DNA of 64,000 nucleotides from an uncultured Alphaproteobacteria bacterium (lineage in GTDB: Bacteria > Pseudomonadota > Alphaproteobacteria > Sphingomonadales > Sphingomonadaceae): assembly GCA_963777785.1 (NCBI GenBank), contig CAVZRU010000003.1:111301-175300 (forward strand). The letters run 5' to 3'. Shown one piece after another: positions 1 to 10,920 of this stretch. A program made the translations under genes and the position numbers. Position 1 is the stretch's first letter; every line of letters begins with the position of its first letter. The notes beneath the pieces were generated by a model. The model ran no database searches, had not been told where the DNA came from, and saw only the letters and a program-made list of their open reading frames with translations.

Positions 1-2
1 AT

Positions 3-800
3 GGAAAGATTGCTGTCGTAACCGGCGGAGCGTCGGGTATCGGCAAGGCGATTGCCAGCCGGTTGATTGCCAAAGGCGCGACAGTCGTCATCGCCGATAT
101 TGAAGCCGGCGCGCTGAACCAGACCGCGGGCGAGATTGGCGCTGTGGCGATCAGCATGGACGCGAGCTCTGCCGAAAGCGTGCAGAGCCTCGCAGACGAA
201 GTCCTCCGGCGCTTCGGCCGGGTCGATCTTTTCTGCAGCAATGCCGGCGTCGCGTCGACGGGGAGGGTTGAGGACATGGCGCTCTCGGACTGGCAATGGC
301 TGTTTGGAGTCAATTTCTTCGGGACGATCCATGGGCTGACAGCGTTTCTCCCATTGTTGCGTGCAAATCCCGGCGGCGGCCATATCGTGATCACCGCATC
401 GGAAGCAGGATTGCACGCTTCGCCGATGATCGGAGGCTACAGCGTCTCGAAATCTGCGGTGGTGGCACTTGCCGAAGCCCTGCAGTGTGAACTGCAAGGC
501 GATGAGGCGAATATCGGCCTCACCGTCTTGTGCCCCGGCCCCGTGCGGTCGAATCTGGGGGCGAGCCAGCGCAACCGCCCGCCGGCCATGGATGGCGGTG
601 CGCTGGTCGACAGCGATCTCGAAGCGAGCGAAGAAGGCGGCAAGCTGCGGTGGATCGATGCTGAAAGGGTCGCTGAAATCTTGCTCGACGCCATCGATAA
701 TCGTGAGTTTTACGTATTCACGCATCCTGAACTGGGCGGGACGGTTCTTGAACGTCACCGGCAGATAGAGGACGCTCTTCGCAAGGCTGAAGGGCGGTGA
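3..800 (+). CDS. SDR-family oxidoreductase (5'-truncated by window edge)
   Basis: Frame open from nt 3 (KIAVVTGGASGIG), with NAG and YxxxK (YSVSK) motifs. Confidence 0.9.
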   Translation, partial: GKIAVVTGGASGIGKAIASRLIAKGATVVIADIEAGALNQTAGEIGAVAISMDASSAESVQSLADEVLRRFGRVDLFCSNAGVASTGRVEDMALSDWQWLFGVNFFGTIHGLTAFLPLLRANPGGGHIVITASEAGLHASPMIGGYSVSKSAVVALAEALQCELQGDEANIGLTVLCPGPVRSNLGASQRNRPPAMDGGALVDSDLEASEEGGKLRWIDAERVAEILLDAIDNREFYVFTHPELGGTVLERHRQIEDALRKAEGR

Positions 801-966
801 TGCTGGCCCCGCTATGATCATAAGGCCTGCTGATCGTCAGGATTTCGATTTGACAATATAGGGGGCGGCGCTTCTTTTCAGGCCTGCAACAGATGCCCGG
901 TGGCCGGGAAGCCGATCGCTGACCACGGGCCAATAAACGACAATTCGGCAAGGGAGCGAGACCTTC

Positions 967-1848
967 ATGGCAGATCCACGGATTCTTACCTGTTCGGTGA
1001 CGGGCGGATCGACCACGAGGGCGCAGAACCCCAATCTTCCGGTCACGCCAGAAGAAATCGCGAATTCCTGTCTCGAAGCTGCAGAGGCAGGGGCGGCGAT
1101 GTGCCATATCCATGTACGCGATCCCGAGACGGGCGAACCGAGTACGGAACTGGAATATTACCGCGACGTGGTGGAACGCATCCGCGCCGCCAATACGGAC
1201 ATGCTGATCAATCTCACAGCAGGGCCGGGCTGCTTCTACGATCCGAGCGACGATGATCCCGCGGTGCCGGGGCCGGCTACGCAGATCTTCACGGCAAAGC
1301 GCCGGACCGAGCATGTCGTGGCGCTCAAGCCCGATATTTGCAGTCTCGATATCGGCAGCATGAATTTCGCGAACAACGTGGTCGTTAATATCCCGAAGAT
1401 CGCACGCGAGATGGCGCAGATCATCCGGGATGCCGGGGTGAAGCCAGAGATCGAGATTTTCGATACGGGCGATGTCACCTTCGCGCACGATCTGATTGCC
1501 GAAGGTTTGATCGACGGGCCCTATCTCTTCCAGTTCGTCATGGGCGGGAAGTATGGCGCGGCCTCCAGTCCCGAGCTGCTGTATTACCTGCGCAACAGCT
1601 TGCCCGCGGGCAGCATCTGGGGCGGTTTCGGCATTGGGCGCACATCGTTCCAGATGGCCGCGACGGTGTTCATTGCCGGTGGCCATTCGCGCATCGGGAT
1701 GGAGGATACCGTCTATCTCGAACGCGGGGTGCTTGCGCCAAGCAACGCCGCGCTGATCCAGAAGGCCGCGCGCATCATCAAGGACCTTGGCGGCGAACTG
1801 GCAACGCCTTCCCAGGCGCGCGAGATCCTGCAGCTGCCTGCGCGTTGA
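967..1848 (+). CDS. BKACE / 3-keto-5-aminohexanoate cleavage family (DUF849)
   Basis: ILTCSVTGG, PVTPEEIA, HIHVRDP, KPEIEIFD and RIGMED motifs. Confidence 0.92.
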   Translation: MADPRILTCSVTGGSTTRAQNPNLPVTPEEIANSCLEAAEAGAAMCHIHVRDPETGEPSTELEYYRDVVERIRAANTDMLINLTAGPGCFYDPSDDDPAVPGPATQIFTAKRRTEHVVALKPDICSLDIGSMNFANNVVVNIPKIAREMAQIIRDAGVKPEIEIFDTGDVTFAHDLIAEGLIDGPYLFQFVMGGKYGAASSPELLYYLRNSLPAGSIWGGFGIGRTSFQMAATVFIAGGHSRIGMEDTVYLERGVLAPSNAALIQKAARIIKDLGGELATPSQAREILQLPAR

Positions 1849-1900
1849 ACACTTGGTCGAAGTGGTCGATGCGGCACCGCTGGCTGTGAGGGGCGGCCCG

Positions 1901-2326
1901 ATGGACGCGTCCGAGATCATCGGCTGCTGGAAACTTGTCGAGGCCTATGAGGACCGGGACGGCGACATCAGGCCCAATCCCTATGTCGGAGAGAATGCGA
2001 CGGGATTTTTGCATTATCTGGTCGGCGGCCGTGTTTCTCTGGCGGTGTCTCTTGCTGGCCGGAAGCCGCTGTCCGTGAGTGACCGGCGCGACGCCCCGAT
2101 GGAGGAACTTGCCGATTCCGCCCGGACCTTCGATGCCTATGCCGGGCGCTTTTCCTTTCCGGAGCCGGGGGTGATCGCGCATCATATCGAAATCAGCACG
2201 TTCCAGAACCAGGTCGGCACGGATCTGGTTCGCGAGATTACGCTGGACGGAGATATGCTCACGCTTTGTCCGGTGCTAACACAGGGCGAGCCTCGGCGCG
2301 GCCTGATTTGGCGGCGGGTTTCTTAA
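1901..2326 (+). CDS. Lipocalin-like domain protein
   Basis: IIGCWKLV...G.L.Y...AYAGRF...HH pattern of the Lipocalin_5 type; ATG at 1901. Confidence 0.75.
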   Translation: MDASEIIGCWKLVEAYEDRDGDIRPNPYVGENATGFLHYLVGGRVSLAVSLAGRKPLSVSDRRDAPMEELADSARTFDAYAGRFSFPEPGVIAHHIEISTFQNQVGTDLVREITLDGDMLTLCPVLTQGEPRRGLIWRRVS

Positions 2327-2345
2327 ATAGATCAAGAGGTTATTT

Positions 2346-3260
2346 GTGTACGCAGCACCCCCATCGATCGAAGCAGAGATCTTCGTCACCATACCGGAAG
2401 AATTCCACAAGCCCGGCAGCAACCGGTGGCTCGACGTCCAGCTGCAGGGTGCGCCCACGCCGGTCTTCCTCGAAGGCCCCACTTTCGACCGCGATGGCAA
2501 TCTGTGGCTGGTGGATATTCCCTGGGGCCGCCTGTTCAAGGTGACGCCGGATCGGAAGGTCACCTGCGAGATCGAATATGACGGCCAGCCTAACGGCCTT
2601 GCGTTTCACAAGGATGGCCGCCTGTTCATTGCCGATGCGCAGAACGGGATCATGGTTTTCGATCCGAAGACGAAGAAGCTTGAAAGCGTTCTCGACAGAA
2701 TATTGCTTCAGCCTTTCAGGGGCCTCAACGATCTCACTTTCGCCTCCAATGGCGACCTCTATTTCACCGATCAGGGGCAGACCGGCCAGCATGATCCCAG
2801 CGGCAGGGTTTTCAGGCTGCGCGCCGACGGCAAGGTGGAATGCCTGATGGACAATGTGCCCAGTCCTAACGGCCTGGTGCTCAACAGGGCGGAGACAGTG
2901 CTTTATCTCGCCGTCACGCGGGACAATGCAGTGTGGCGGCTGCCGCTGGTCAAGGAAGGCAGCGCTACGCATGTGACCAAGGTCGGGGCGTTCATCCGCC
3001 TCTCCGGCGGCGTCGGCCCGGACGGGCTGGCGCTGGGCGATGATGACAGCATGGTGATTTGCCACACGGGGCTGGGTTCGGCCTGGCTGTTCAGCCCGGT
3101 AGGCGAACCGTTGCTTCGCGTGCGTGCGCCGCATGGCACTCACACCACCAATTGCGCTTTCGGCGGGGCCGACGGAAAGCGGCTGTTCATCACCGAAGGG
3201 CCGAACGTATTGGTCGCGGATATTCCGGTGAGCGGAAAGACCCTGTTCTCGCACATGTAA
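2346..3260 (+). CDS. SMP-30/gluconolactonase family protein
   Basis: LEGPTFD, PNGL, LNDL, PDGLALG and TNCAFGG propeller motifs. Confidence 0.92.
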   Translation: MYAAPPSIEAEIFVTIPEEFHKPGSNRWLDVQLQGAPTPVFLEGPTFDRDGNLWLVDIPWGRLFKVTPDRKVTCEIEYDGQPNGLAFHKDGRLFIADAQNGIMVFDPKTKKLESVLDRILLQPFRGLNDLTFASNGDLYFTDQGQTGQHDPSGRVFRLRADGKVECLMDNVPSPNGLVLNRAETVLYLAVTRDNAVWRLPLVKEGSATHVTKVGAFIRLSGGVGPDGLALGDDDSMVICHTGLGSAWLFSPVGEPLLRVRAPHGTHTTNCAFGGADGKRLFITEGPNVLVADIPVSGKTLFSHM

Positions 3261-3270
3261 GGGGCGGCAA

Positions 3271-4431
3271 ATGCGCGTCGAGTTGGAAAACAGCCTCTAC
3301 GATCTGAAGGAGGCAGCACGGCGATACCTGCCCAGGATGGTGTTCGACTATATCGAAGGCGGCGCGGAAGACGAAACCTGCTGCGATCGCAATCGCGCGT
3401 CATACGAGGCGCTGCAGATCCTGCCGCGCTATCTGCGCGACGTTTCGTCGATCAATCGCAGCGTCGAACTGTTTGGCCGCAACTACGCCGCGCCATTCGG
3501 CATTGCGCCCATGGGAATGACCGCAATCTCCCGCAAGAACGCCGATCTGCTGCTGGCGCAGGCCGCACATGAGGCCAACCTGCCGTTCGTGCTCGCGGGC
3601 GCGAGCAATGGCTCGATCGAGAGCGTGGCCCGGGTCGCACCATCGGCGTGGTACCAGCTCTATATTCCGCGCGATCCGGCGATCCGCAACGACCTGATCA
3701 AGCGGGTTGCCGATGCGGGGCTGGAAACGCTGGTGGTGACGGTGGACGTGCCGATCTACTCCAAGCGCGAGCGCGATATCCGCAATGGCTGGATCCGGCC
3801 CTACAAGCCGACGCTGGCCTCGAAGATCGAGGCGCTGCGGCATCCGGCCTGGCTCCTGGCCTATCTGCGCAGCGGCATCCCCTATCTGGAGAACTGGCAG
3901 CCCTATGCGCCGCCGGGCGCAAATCCGATCGAAGTTGCCGGCTTCTATGCCACGCAATCCTTCGCCGTGCAGACCTGGGAGATTCTCGCGGAAATCCGCG
4001 AGCAGTGGAAAGGCAATCTGGTCCTCAAGGGTATCCTGCACCCGGAAGATGCCGCGATGGCGGTGCAGGCGGGGGCGGACGGGATCATCGTATCCAATCA
4101 CGGCGGGCGCCAGTTCGACCGCGCGCCGGCTCCGGCGGCGATGTTCCCCGCGGTCCACAAGGCAGTCGCCGGGCGCATCCCGGTGATGATCGACAGCGGC
4201 ATCATGCGCGGGTCCGATATCGTTGCGGCGATGTGCATGGGGGCGAGCTACACCTTCCTCGGCCGCGGGGCGCTCTATGCGGTGGCGGCCTACGGCATCC
4301 CAGGAGTGGAACGGATGATCGCCATCCTGCTTCAGGAAATGCACCTGACGCTGGCCACAATGGGCTGCCCCGACGTCCGCAAGCTCGACGCAAGCTACCT
4401 CACACAATCAGGAGGCCCGTTCCCGTCATGA
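3271..4431 (+). CDS. FMN-dependent alpha-hydroxy acid oxidase/dehydrogenase (LldD/MdlB family)
   Basis: FDYIEGGA, VTVDVP, KGIL, SNHGGRQ and DSGI.RG.D motifs. Confidence 0.93.
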   Translation: MRVELENSLYDLKEAARRYLPRMVFDYIEGGAEDETCCDRNRASYEALQILPRYLRDVSSINRSVELFGRNYAAPFGIAPMGMTAISRKNADLLLAQAAHEANLPFVLAGASNGSIESVARVAPSAWYQLYIPRDPAIRNDLIKRVADAGLETLVVTVDVPIYSKRERDIRNGWIRPYKPTLASKIEALRHPAWLLAYLRSGIPYLENWQPYAPPGANPIEVAGFYATQSFAVQTWEILAEIREQWKGNLVLKGILHPEDAAMAVQAGADGIIVSNHGGRQFDRAPAPAAMFPAVHKAVAGRIPVMIDSGIMRGSDIVAAMCMGASYTFLGRGALYAVAAYGIPGVERMIAILLQEMHLTLATMGCPDVRKLDASYLTQSGGPFPS

Positions 4432-5228
4432 GCGATCCGCGCTTCAACCGCCTGCTTCTGACCGGTGCGACCGGCGCGCTCGGTTCGTCCCTGCGCCCCC
4501 GGCTGCGCGAATTGTGCCGGACCTTGCTGGTATCCGACATGGTCGATTGCGGCCCGGCAGCCGAGAACGAGGAAGTGTGCATTGCCGCGCTGGAGGACAA
4601 GCAGGCGATGCATGGCTTGCTCGAAGGCGTCGATGCGGTGGTGCATTTTGGCGGAGTGATGGCCGAGAAATGGGATGCCTTGCTCGCAGGCAATGTGGTG
4701 GGGCTGTACAATCTCTATGAAGCGGCCCGCAAACAGGGCGTGCGGCGGATCGTCTATGCGTCTTCCAACCATGCGACCGGATTTCACCGCACCGACGAGG
4801 TGATTTCATCCAGGGATCCGCAGCGGCCCGACAGCATCTATGGGCTGACCAAGACCTGGGGCGAAAACATCGCCCGGCTCTATTTCGACCGCTACGGGAT
4901 CGAGACGGCATGCCTGCGCATCGGATCTGCATTTCCCGAGCCGATCGACCTCAGGATGCTTTCCACCTGGATCAGCTATGACGATCTGGCCCGGCTGGTG
5001 CGTGCCTGCCTCACGGCGCCGGTCGTCGGCCATACGGTGGTCTACGGTGTCTCGCGCAATTCCATGAGTTGGTGGGACAATTCGGGCGCCGGCCATATCG
5101 GATACGAACCGCAGGACAGCGCGGATGCCTACCGCGATGCGCTGGAGGCCCGGCTGCCCCCGCTCGACCCGCGCGATGAGGCCGTCATCCGCCAGGGCGG
5201 GGCTTTCGTGCGCGTGATGGAAGAGTGA
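4428..5228 (+). CDS. Uronate dehydrogenase-like NAD-dependent oxidoreductase
   Basis: LLTGATGALG, ASSNHATGF, PDSIYGLTK, RIGS, RMLSTWIS and WWDN resemble Udh; ATGA overlap with the upstream gene. Confidence 0.85.
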   Translation: MSDPRFNRLLLTGATGALGSSLRPRLRELCRTLLVSDMVDCGPAAENEEVCIAALEDKQAMHGLLEGVDAVVHFGGVMAEKWDALLAGNVVGLYNLYEAARKQGVRRIVYASSNHATGFHRTDEVISSRDPQRPDSIYGLTKTWGENIARLYFDRYGIETACLRIGSAFPEPIDLRMLSTWISYDDLARLVRACLTAPVVGHTVVYGVSRNSMSWWDNSGAGHIGYEPQDSADAYRDALEARLPPLDPRDEAVIRQGGAFVRVMEE

Positions 5229-5247
5229 ATCGGCCGAGGCGGGGCCG

Positions 5248-5802
5248 CTATTTCACGTCGCGCTCTTCGTCCCAGTTCTTCACCGCGATCTCGTCATTCT
5301 CGATCTGCGCGACTGCGGCGATGCGCGCGGCGTTCATGTAGCTGCCGATAATCCCCAGCATCTCGAATATGTGTTCGTCCGAATAAAGCGCGCGCATTGC
5401 GGCCACGGTTTCGTCCTTGGGCGAAACGTCGCGCACGACCTCGGTGGTGAACTGCGCCACGAGGCGCTCTTCCGGAGAAAGTCCCGCCAGTTCCCCGCTT
5501 TGCAGGCCTGCGATCGCCTCGTCGCTAAGGCCGACGGCACGGCCCATCGAGAGATGATGGAACAATTCGTATTCGCTGTTCGATAGCGACGCGACGCGCA
5601 GGACGATGATCTCGCGCAGGCGGTCGCTCGTATGCGTGTTGGTGACCACCGCGATCGCCATATCGACCGTCGCCCGCCAGATCGGATCGGGCGCATGCAT
5701 GCTGATGCGCGCGATGTTGAGCACGCGCAGCTCGGGATTATCGAGATAGGCGCGTTTCTCCGCCGAGAGTGTTGCGGGATCGGGGTAGGGGACGCGGTTC
5801 AT
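5248..5802 (-). CDS. Carboxymuconolactone decarboxylase/AhpD-like protein (copy 1)
   Basis: MNRVPYP start, LREIIVLR...SEYELFHH motif, RBS upstream. Confidence 0.85.
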   Translation of the reverse strand: MNRVPYPDPATLSAEKRAYLDNPELRVLNIARISMHAPDPIWRATVDMAIAVVTNTHTSDRLREIIVLRVASLSNSEYELFHHLSMGRAVGLSDEAIAGLQSGELAGLSPEERLVAQFTTEVVRDVSPKDETVAAMRALYSDEHIFEMLGIIGSYMNAARIAAVAQIENDEIAVKNWDEERDVK

Positions 5803-5828
5803 TCTTCTCTCCTGATAACCGGCGATCG

Positions 5829-5842
5829 TTGTGCCGGTACAA
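5829..5842. promoter_or_regulatory. Variant GntR(LacI)-type operator TTGTGCCGGTACAA
   Basis: One mismatch from a perfect palindrome, 27 nt upstream of the CMD gene start. Confidence 0.4.
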
Positions 5843-5870
5843 TCCCTCGTCCGCAATGCGGCGGCCAGAC

Positions 5871-5906
5871 AAAAAAAGGCCGCGGCGAATATTCTCGCCG
5901 CGGCCT
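5871..5906 (-). terminator. Rho-independent terminator of TonB receptor 1
   Basis: AGGCCGCGGCGA/TCGCCGCGGCCT stem followed by a T7 tract on the minus strand. Confidence 0.85.
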
Positions 5907-5932
5907 GATTTTACTCGCCTTTGCGTAAGAGC

Positions 5933-8900
5933 TTAGAACTCTACGCGAAGGCCCGTACGCCAACGTGCACCCTGCGTGTCGTAATAGACAGGGTTGGTCG
6001 GACCACCGGCACCCAGAACGGGGCCAAGGGTACCCGAGGCATTGCTGTCTGCGGGCGGCGGATCGTTGTCGAACAGGTTGCGGATCGACAGGAACACTTC
6101 GGCTTTGCTCGAACCGAACAGGTCGAACTTGTAGGAAGTGGAAAGACCGACATAGGTCTGCGAGGGAATGTAGTTATCATTGATGCTGTTCACATCGTTG
6201 ATATCGCATTCACCCCGGCTGACGTCGCACCGGCGGATATCGTAGATACCTTCCGGAATGTACCTGACGTCACCCGTGATCGAGAAACCGCCCACATCGT
6301 AGGTCAGGTAACCGGTCAGGACATAGTCCGGCGGAGCAGCGAAGCCGCCGAAGCCGGTGCCGCCCGTCTGGTTGATGTAGTCGGTTTCAGTCGTGCCAGT
6401 GCCGAGAAGGTCAACCTTCATCTCGTTGGTGATCGTTGCGAGACCGCGCAGGGTAACCGTACCCGGCATCGAATCGCTCAGCTTGTCGAGCGGCAAGACA
6501 TACATTGCCTCGACGTCCACACCGCTGGTGGTGAACTTGCCGACGTTGGCATTACCACGGCGGATCGACTCGATGCCTGCACCAGCCGCACCGCTGTTCG
6601 CCTTGGCAAGTGCACCAAGAGCAAGCCTCTGGGCGTCGGACAGTTCTGCGTAGGACTGACCGCCACCGTTCAGGCCGGTGAACAGAGCGTCGCAAGCCAA
6701 TTCTGCGACATAGCAGGCATTGACCGTTTCCTGGGCGGTGAGCACCACGATCGCATCCTTGATCTCGATCTTGTAGTAATCGACCGACACACGCAGCCCT
6801 TCGAATGGGCCACCTGGCTGCACTACGACACCGGCAGTCAAGGTATCGCCCACTTCGGGCCGAAGCGTGAAGTTTGGCGGATAGAGGATTTCGACGAAGT
6901 CATCGAGGCCCGTTATATCGCCGGATGCCCAAGGGTTGTTGATACGGCCCGTTGGCGGACCATAGTTCGTCTTGCCCAGGTTGTAGTAGAGATCGACGAA
7001 GGAGGCGGCGCGAACGTCACGCGAGCGGGTTGCGCGGAAGCGCAGCCAGTCGGTGACTTCCCAATCGCCCGAGATCTTCCAGGTGTTGAAGCCCAGATCC
7101 TTCGATTCGTCAGTCGTGCCGCTGGTATTCGTCTGCTGGGTGCGGCGGAAGGCCGCGTTCAGCTCGAGGTACTTGACCAGCGGAAGATCGCGCAGAAGCG
7201 GAACATTTGCTTCTACGTAACCTTCGAGGATCTTCAGGTCGCCGCTATAGTCGTTGCCGAAAGCATCGACCGGGAACTGAATGCCGCCGCCCAAAAGTTC
7301 GTGCAATGCCGAACCTGTTTCGAAACGGTATTCACCGCCGAATGCCAGAGCGACGGGACCGGCCCAACCATCGAACAGATTGCCGCCGAAGTTCAGCGCG
7401 AACACATGTTGGGTGTACTCAAAGTCTTCCTGGGCAGTCCGATAGGCATAAGCCACCGCAGCCGGATCGGGATTCGCTGCGAGCAGATTATAGCGGCTTA
7501 CAGCCGTCGGCATAAGGCAGGTTCCAATGCTGGTACCAGCTTGCCGGCTGTGCGGTATTGGCGGTTGCAACGGGGTTCGGCCCCGGTCCGAGCAGAGTGC
7601 CGCGGCAGACGATGTTGCCGTTGGGCGTGCCGCTGCCTGGGATCCAGTTGCCATTGATGTCCTGCTGCATGGTCCGCATCATGCCTTCGTCCACGGCGTC
7701 GATTGCCGCGGCGAAATATTCGTTGATGCGGTTGCCTTCGATCTGCAGGTTCTGGTTGGTCTTGCCGTACTGATAGTAGGCGTCCCATTTCCAGCCACCG
7801 AAGATGTCAAGCTCGCCTTCCAGGCCGGCCATGATCCGATAGGTTTCGAGGTCGGTCTTGGTGTTGTTGCGGGCGCCTTCCCAGTCACGGGCGTGAACGC
7901 CAATGAAGAGCGGCAGATTATCGACGCCCGGGGCCTGCGACACGTTGGTCGCCGTGGCGCTCGATCCGCCAACGCCGAACGGACCGGTGCGGGTGGCATC
8001 GATCAGGTCGGAGAACGGAATAACGTTTCCTGTTGAGCGATCCGTCCACATCACGTTCGCAAGGTAGGCGTTGTCGGCGCGGATCGGGAGACCCGAAGAC
8101 GGTCCGAGCGAAAGCCCCTTAACGCTCGATTTGCGCTTGGCGTAGGAGGCTTCCAGCGTAGCCTTGAGGCTATCCGAGAACTCCCAATCGGCATGCACGA
8201 AGCTGGACCAGCGTTCAACTTCAGGCTTCAGCTGAACTTCGGACCATGGCGAACAATCGAGCGAGCAAGTGCCGCCCATGCGCTGGCCGAAACCGATACC
8301 CTGAACATATTCGCCTTCATCGAAATCGATGGCGGTCAAGCCGTCGGGAGTGAAGGTGATGTTGCGCAATTGCGTGTCGTTGACACGGCCCGACGTGGTT
8401 CCGCGAAGCACGCCGGTCAGGTTGTAGTTGGTATAGGCGCTGTTGAAACCGCGAACGTAGTGCGGTTCACTGTCGTTCGGGTGACCGGCTGTCCGGTACT
8501 GTTCGTTAAGGAAGGTACCCGGCGAGCGGGCGCACCATTCCCGTACATAGGTGCAGTCGCCGATTTCCGCCGAATCCTGATATTCAAGGGCTGCCACGAT
8601 ATGGCCGGCGCCGCCGGCAAAATCGGTTCCGCCAGCAATCGCGGCGTGAAGGCTGCCGCCGTCGCTGCGGAAGGTCTCGCCATAGTCGATCTGAGCCTTG
8701 ATGCCATCAAGCTGCTTGTCGAGGATGATGTTGACCACGCCGACGAGAGCATCGGTACCGTAAGCGGCGGAAGCGCCGCCCGTCACCGTTTCGACGCTCT
8801 GCACGAGGATCGACGGGATCAAGTTCATGTCAACGCCGCCGCCCGTGGTGGAAGGCACGTGACGACGTGTGTCGACGAGGGTCAGCGTACGCACACCGTT

Positions 8901-9281
8901 GCGCGGGTTGAGGCCGCGAAGGTTGGCGATCTGCGCACCGATGTTGACCTGCGTGGTGTTGGCAGTGAGGCCGACGTTGGTGTCGGAAACCGTCGCAACG
9001 TTCTGCGGCAACATCTGCAGCGTTTCACCGATGTTGACCTGGCCAAGGGCCGCGATCGTATCGGCGCCGATCACCGTGACCGGTGTTGTCGAGCTGAAGG
9101 TCGAGCGCGCAATGCGCGAGCCGGTAACAACGATTGATTCGTTGACCGAACTGTCCGGCGCCGCGGCTGTTTCTTCCAATTGCTCGTCTTGCGCCAGCAC
9201 CTGTGTGGCTGGCACTAACGCAGCAATGGCTAAAGCCACGGCGGAGCCGCGGCTAAGTAGCGTAGTGATCCTGGATTTCAT
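5933..9281 (-). CDS. TonB-dependent receptor (copy 1), split by a +1 frameshift near 7490
   Basis: Signal peptide, IVVTGSRI TonB box, plug NLRGL...RTLTLV, GGASAAYG, C-terminal Phe; the two ORF halves join (CKPL/NLLAAN) as in paralog 2. Confidence 0.93.
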
Positions 9282-9348
9282 TATAGCTTCTCCCCGTCAA
9301 AACATCCCAAGTTCGGCGCTACCAGCTATATTGCCGGCATTCGCCATC

Positions 9349-9362
9349 TGGTACCGGTACCA
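9349..9362. promoter_or_regulatory. GntR(LacI)-type operator TGGTACCGGTACCA
   Basis: Perfect 14-bp palindrome 68 nt upstream of the receptor start. Confidence 0.75.
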
Positions 9363-9899
9363 AATTTTAGGAAGGTTTCCACCAGCCGATGGCCGCCCTC
9401 CCAGTACCTGCACCCGAACTAACCTTATTCGTACGCCCTCGCATCGATTGACGATCGGCGAACGAGATTAGTATGAGCTAAGGAGCGGATCCGAAATCAG
9501 CATGCTAGATAGGCCAAAACCCATCCAGATGCTTCGAAGCCGACCCCCAGAGCCCTCAATACTGCTGAAACTACAGCAGCGGACCTTTAGTGCACAGAAT
9601 ATTGCGCGATTGTTGAATGATTATTTTTCATGCCCTGAAAAGCTGGTTTCCAGATTGTGCATGGGCTCGCCGTTTTGTGCCTGTGCGGACTTATGGCAAG
9701 GTGGCACTAGATGACTATATCCGGTCTTGCGACCGGAAATATTCTATATAGGATGCCCTACGGGGATGACCGTTCGCCTCCGGGCTGCGGTTATGGTGAA
9801 GTATATAGGACTGGACTTCGGGTAAAACATCAACCGACGCAGTCCTATGCAGATGCAGTGTAAAAAGGCACGCATTGGGATCGCGGGGGATGATGGCAA

Positions 9900-10823
9900 A
9901 TGGATATAGTCCAACTAAGGACAGTTATAGAAATTTACAACGCCGGAAGCGTCAGCAAAGCCAGCTTGCGGCTTAACAAATCGCAATCGTTTATCAGCCG
10001 GTATCTCGCGGCATTCGAGAAGACCTGCGGCGGGCAGATATTTCACCGCAACGGGCGCGGGCTCGAACCCACCGATCTGGGCAAGCGGTTGCTGCCCGAA
10101 ATCGAATCCATCATAGTCGCGATGGAGCGGATGGTTGGCTGCGGCGCCATCCCGGATGCCGCTCCAGCGGGCGAGGTCAAAGTCTTCATCTCGCATGCGC
10201 TGTGCAACGATTTCGTGCCGTTCCTGTTTCGCGCCGTGCAGAAGGATTATCCGCACGTCCGCCTGCAGTTTACGGAAGGCTATAGCGAGGAAATTGTCAG
10301 GGCGCTTGATGATGGCGATACCGACGTGGGAGTGTTCTTGCGCAATGGGGCCCATCTTGCGCCCGGCGACGAGCCCATCTGCAAATTCGATACCTATCTC
10401 GTCGGCTTGAAGGGGGACCAGTTCCTGAACCGGCCGGAAATATTGTTTAGCGATCTGGCGGAAATTCCCCTGTTGCTGCCATCCAAGCCCAGCATGACGC
10501 GAACGTTGATCGGCGATCTGGCACAAAGCCGGGGGATACCGCTCAACATCGTTGCCGAAGTCAACACTCACGGCTGCACGCGATCTCTGTTCGACTCCGG
10601 GGCCGGATATATAACCGCGCCAATTGCCCGGGGTTCGGCAATCAAGGCGAGCTTCATCAGCAAGCGTTTGAATGCTGGCCATCTCCAGGTCTCGCGGATC
10701 TGCGATCCGGATCTCGAACGGACGCTCGTCGTTACGGGGGCCCAGAACAAGTCGGAGACTGTCGGGTTCGTCAAGAAGGCCGCGGTGGAGGTCTTGCGGG
10801 AACTGGCCGACCAGATCCAGTGA
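9900..10823 (+). CDS. LysR-family transcriptional regulator
   Basis: N-terminal HTH (GSVSKAS...SQSFISR...FHRNGRG), 307 aa, divergent from the receptor. Confidence 0.92.
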   Translation: MDIVQLRTVIEIYNAGSVSKASLRLNKSQSFISRYLAAFEKTCGGQIFHRNGRGLEPTDLGKRLLPEIESIIVAMERMVGCGAIPDAAPAGEVKVFISHALCNDFVPFLFRAVQKDYPHVRLQFTEGYSEEIVRALDDGDTDVGVFLRNGAHLAPGDEPICKFDTYLVGLKGDQFLNRPEILFSDLAEIPLLLPSKPSMTRTLIGDLAQSRGIPLNIVAEVNTHGCTRSLFDSGAGYITAPIARGSAIKASFISKRLNAGHLQVSRICDPDLERTLVVTGAQNKSETVGFVKKAAVEVLRELADQIQ

Positions 10824-10920
10824 TCCGCTAATCCTCGGCGTGGTCGCCAAGACGTCGCGAGTGCGTTTCCTTGCCAAAGGTGGCTTGGGCTTGGGCGAAT
10901 GTGCTGCTAGGGGCGCGCCC

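Noticed and set aside
3648-5228. 526-aa ORF suggesting a long N-terminal extension on the Udh-like protein
   Set aside because: The first 260 aa are an off-frame read of the hydroxy-acid oxidase gene; the real start is the coupled ATG at 4428
7480-7500. Programmed frameshifting or phase variation in the TonB receptor and other split genes
   Set aside because: No slippery heptamer or long simple repeat at most breaks, and the indels are scattered across unrelated genes, which fits sequencing error
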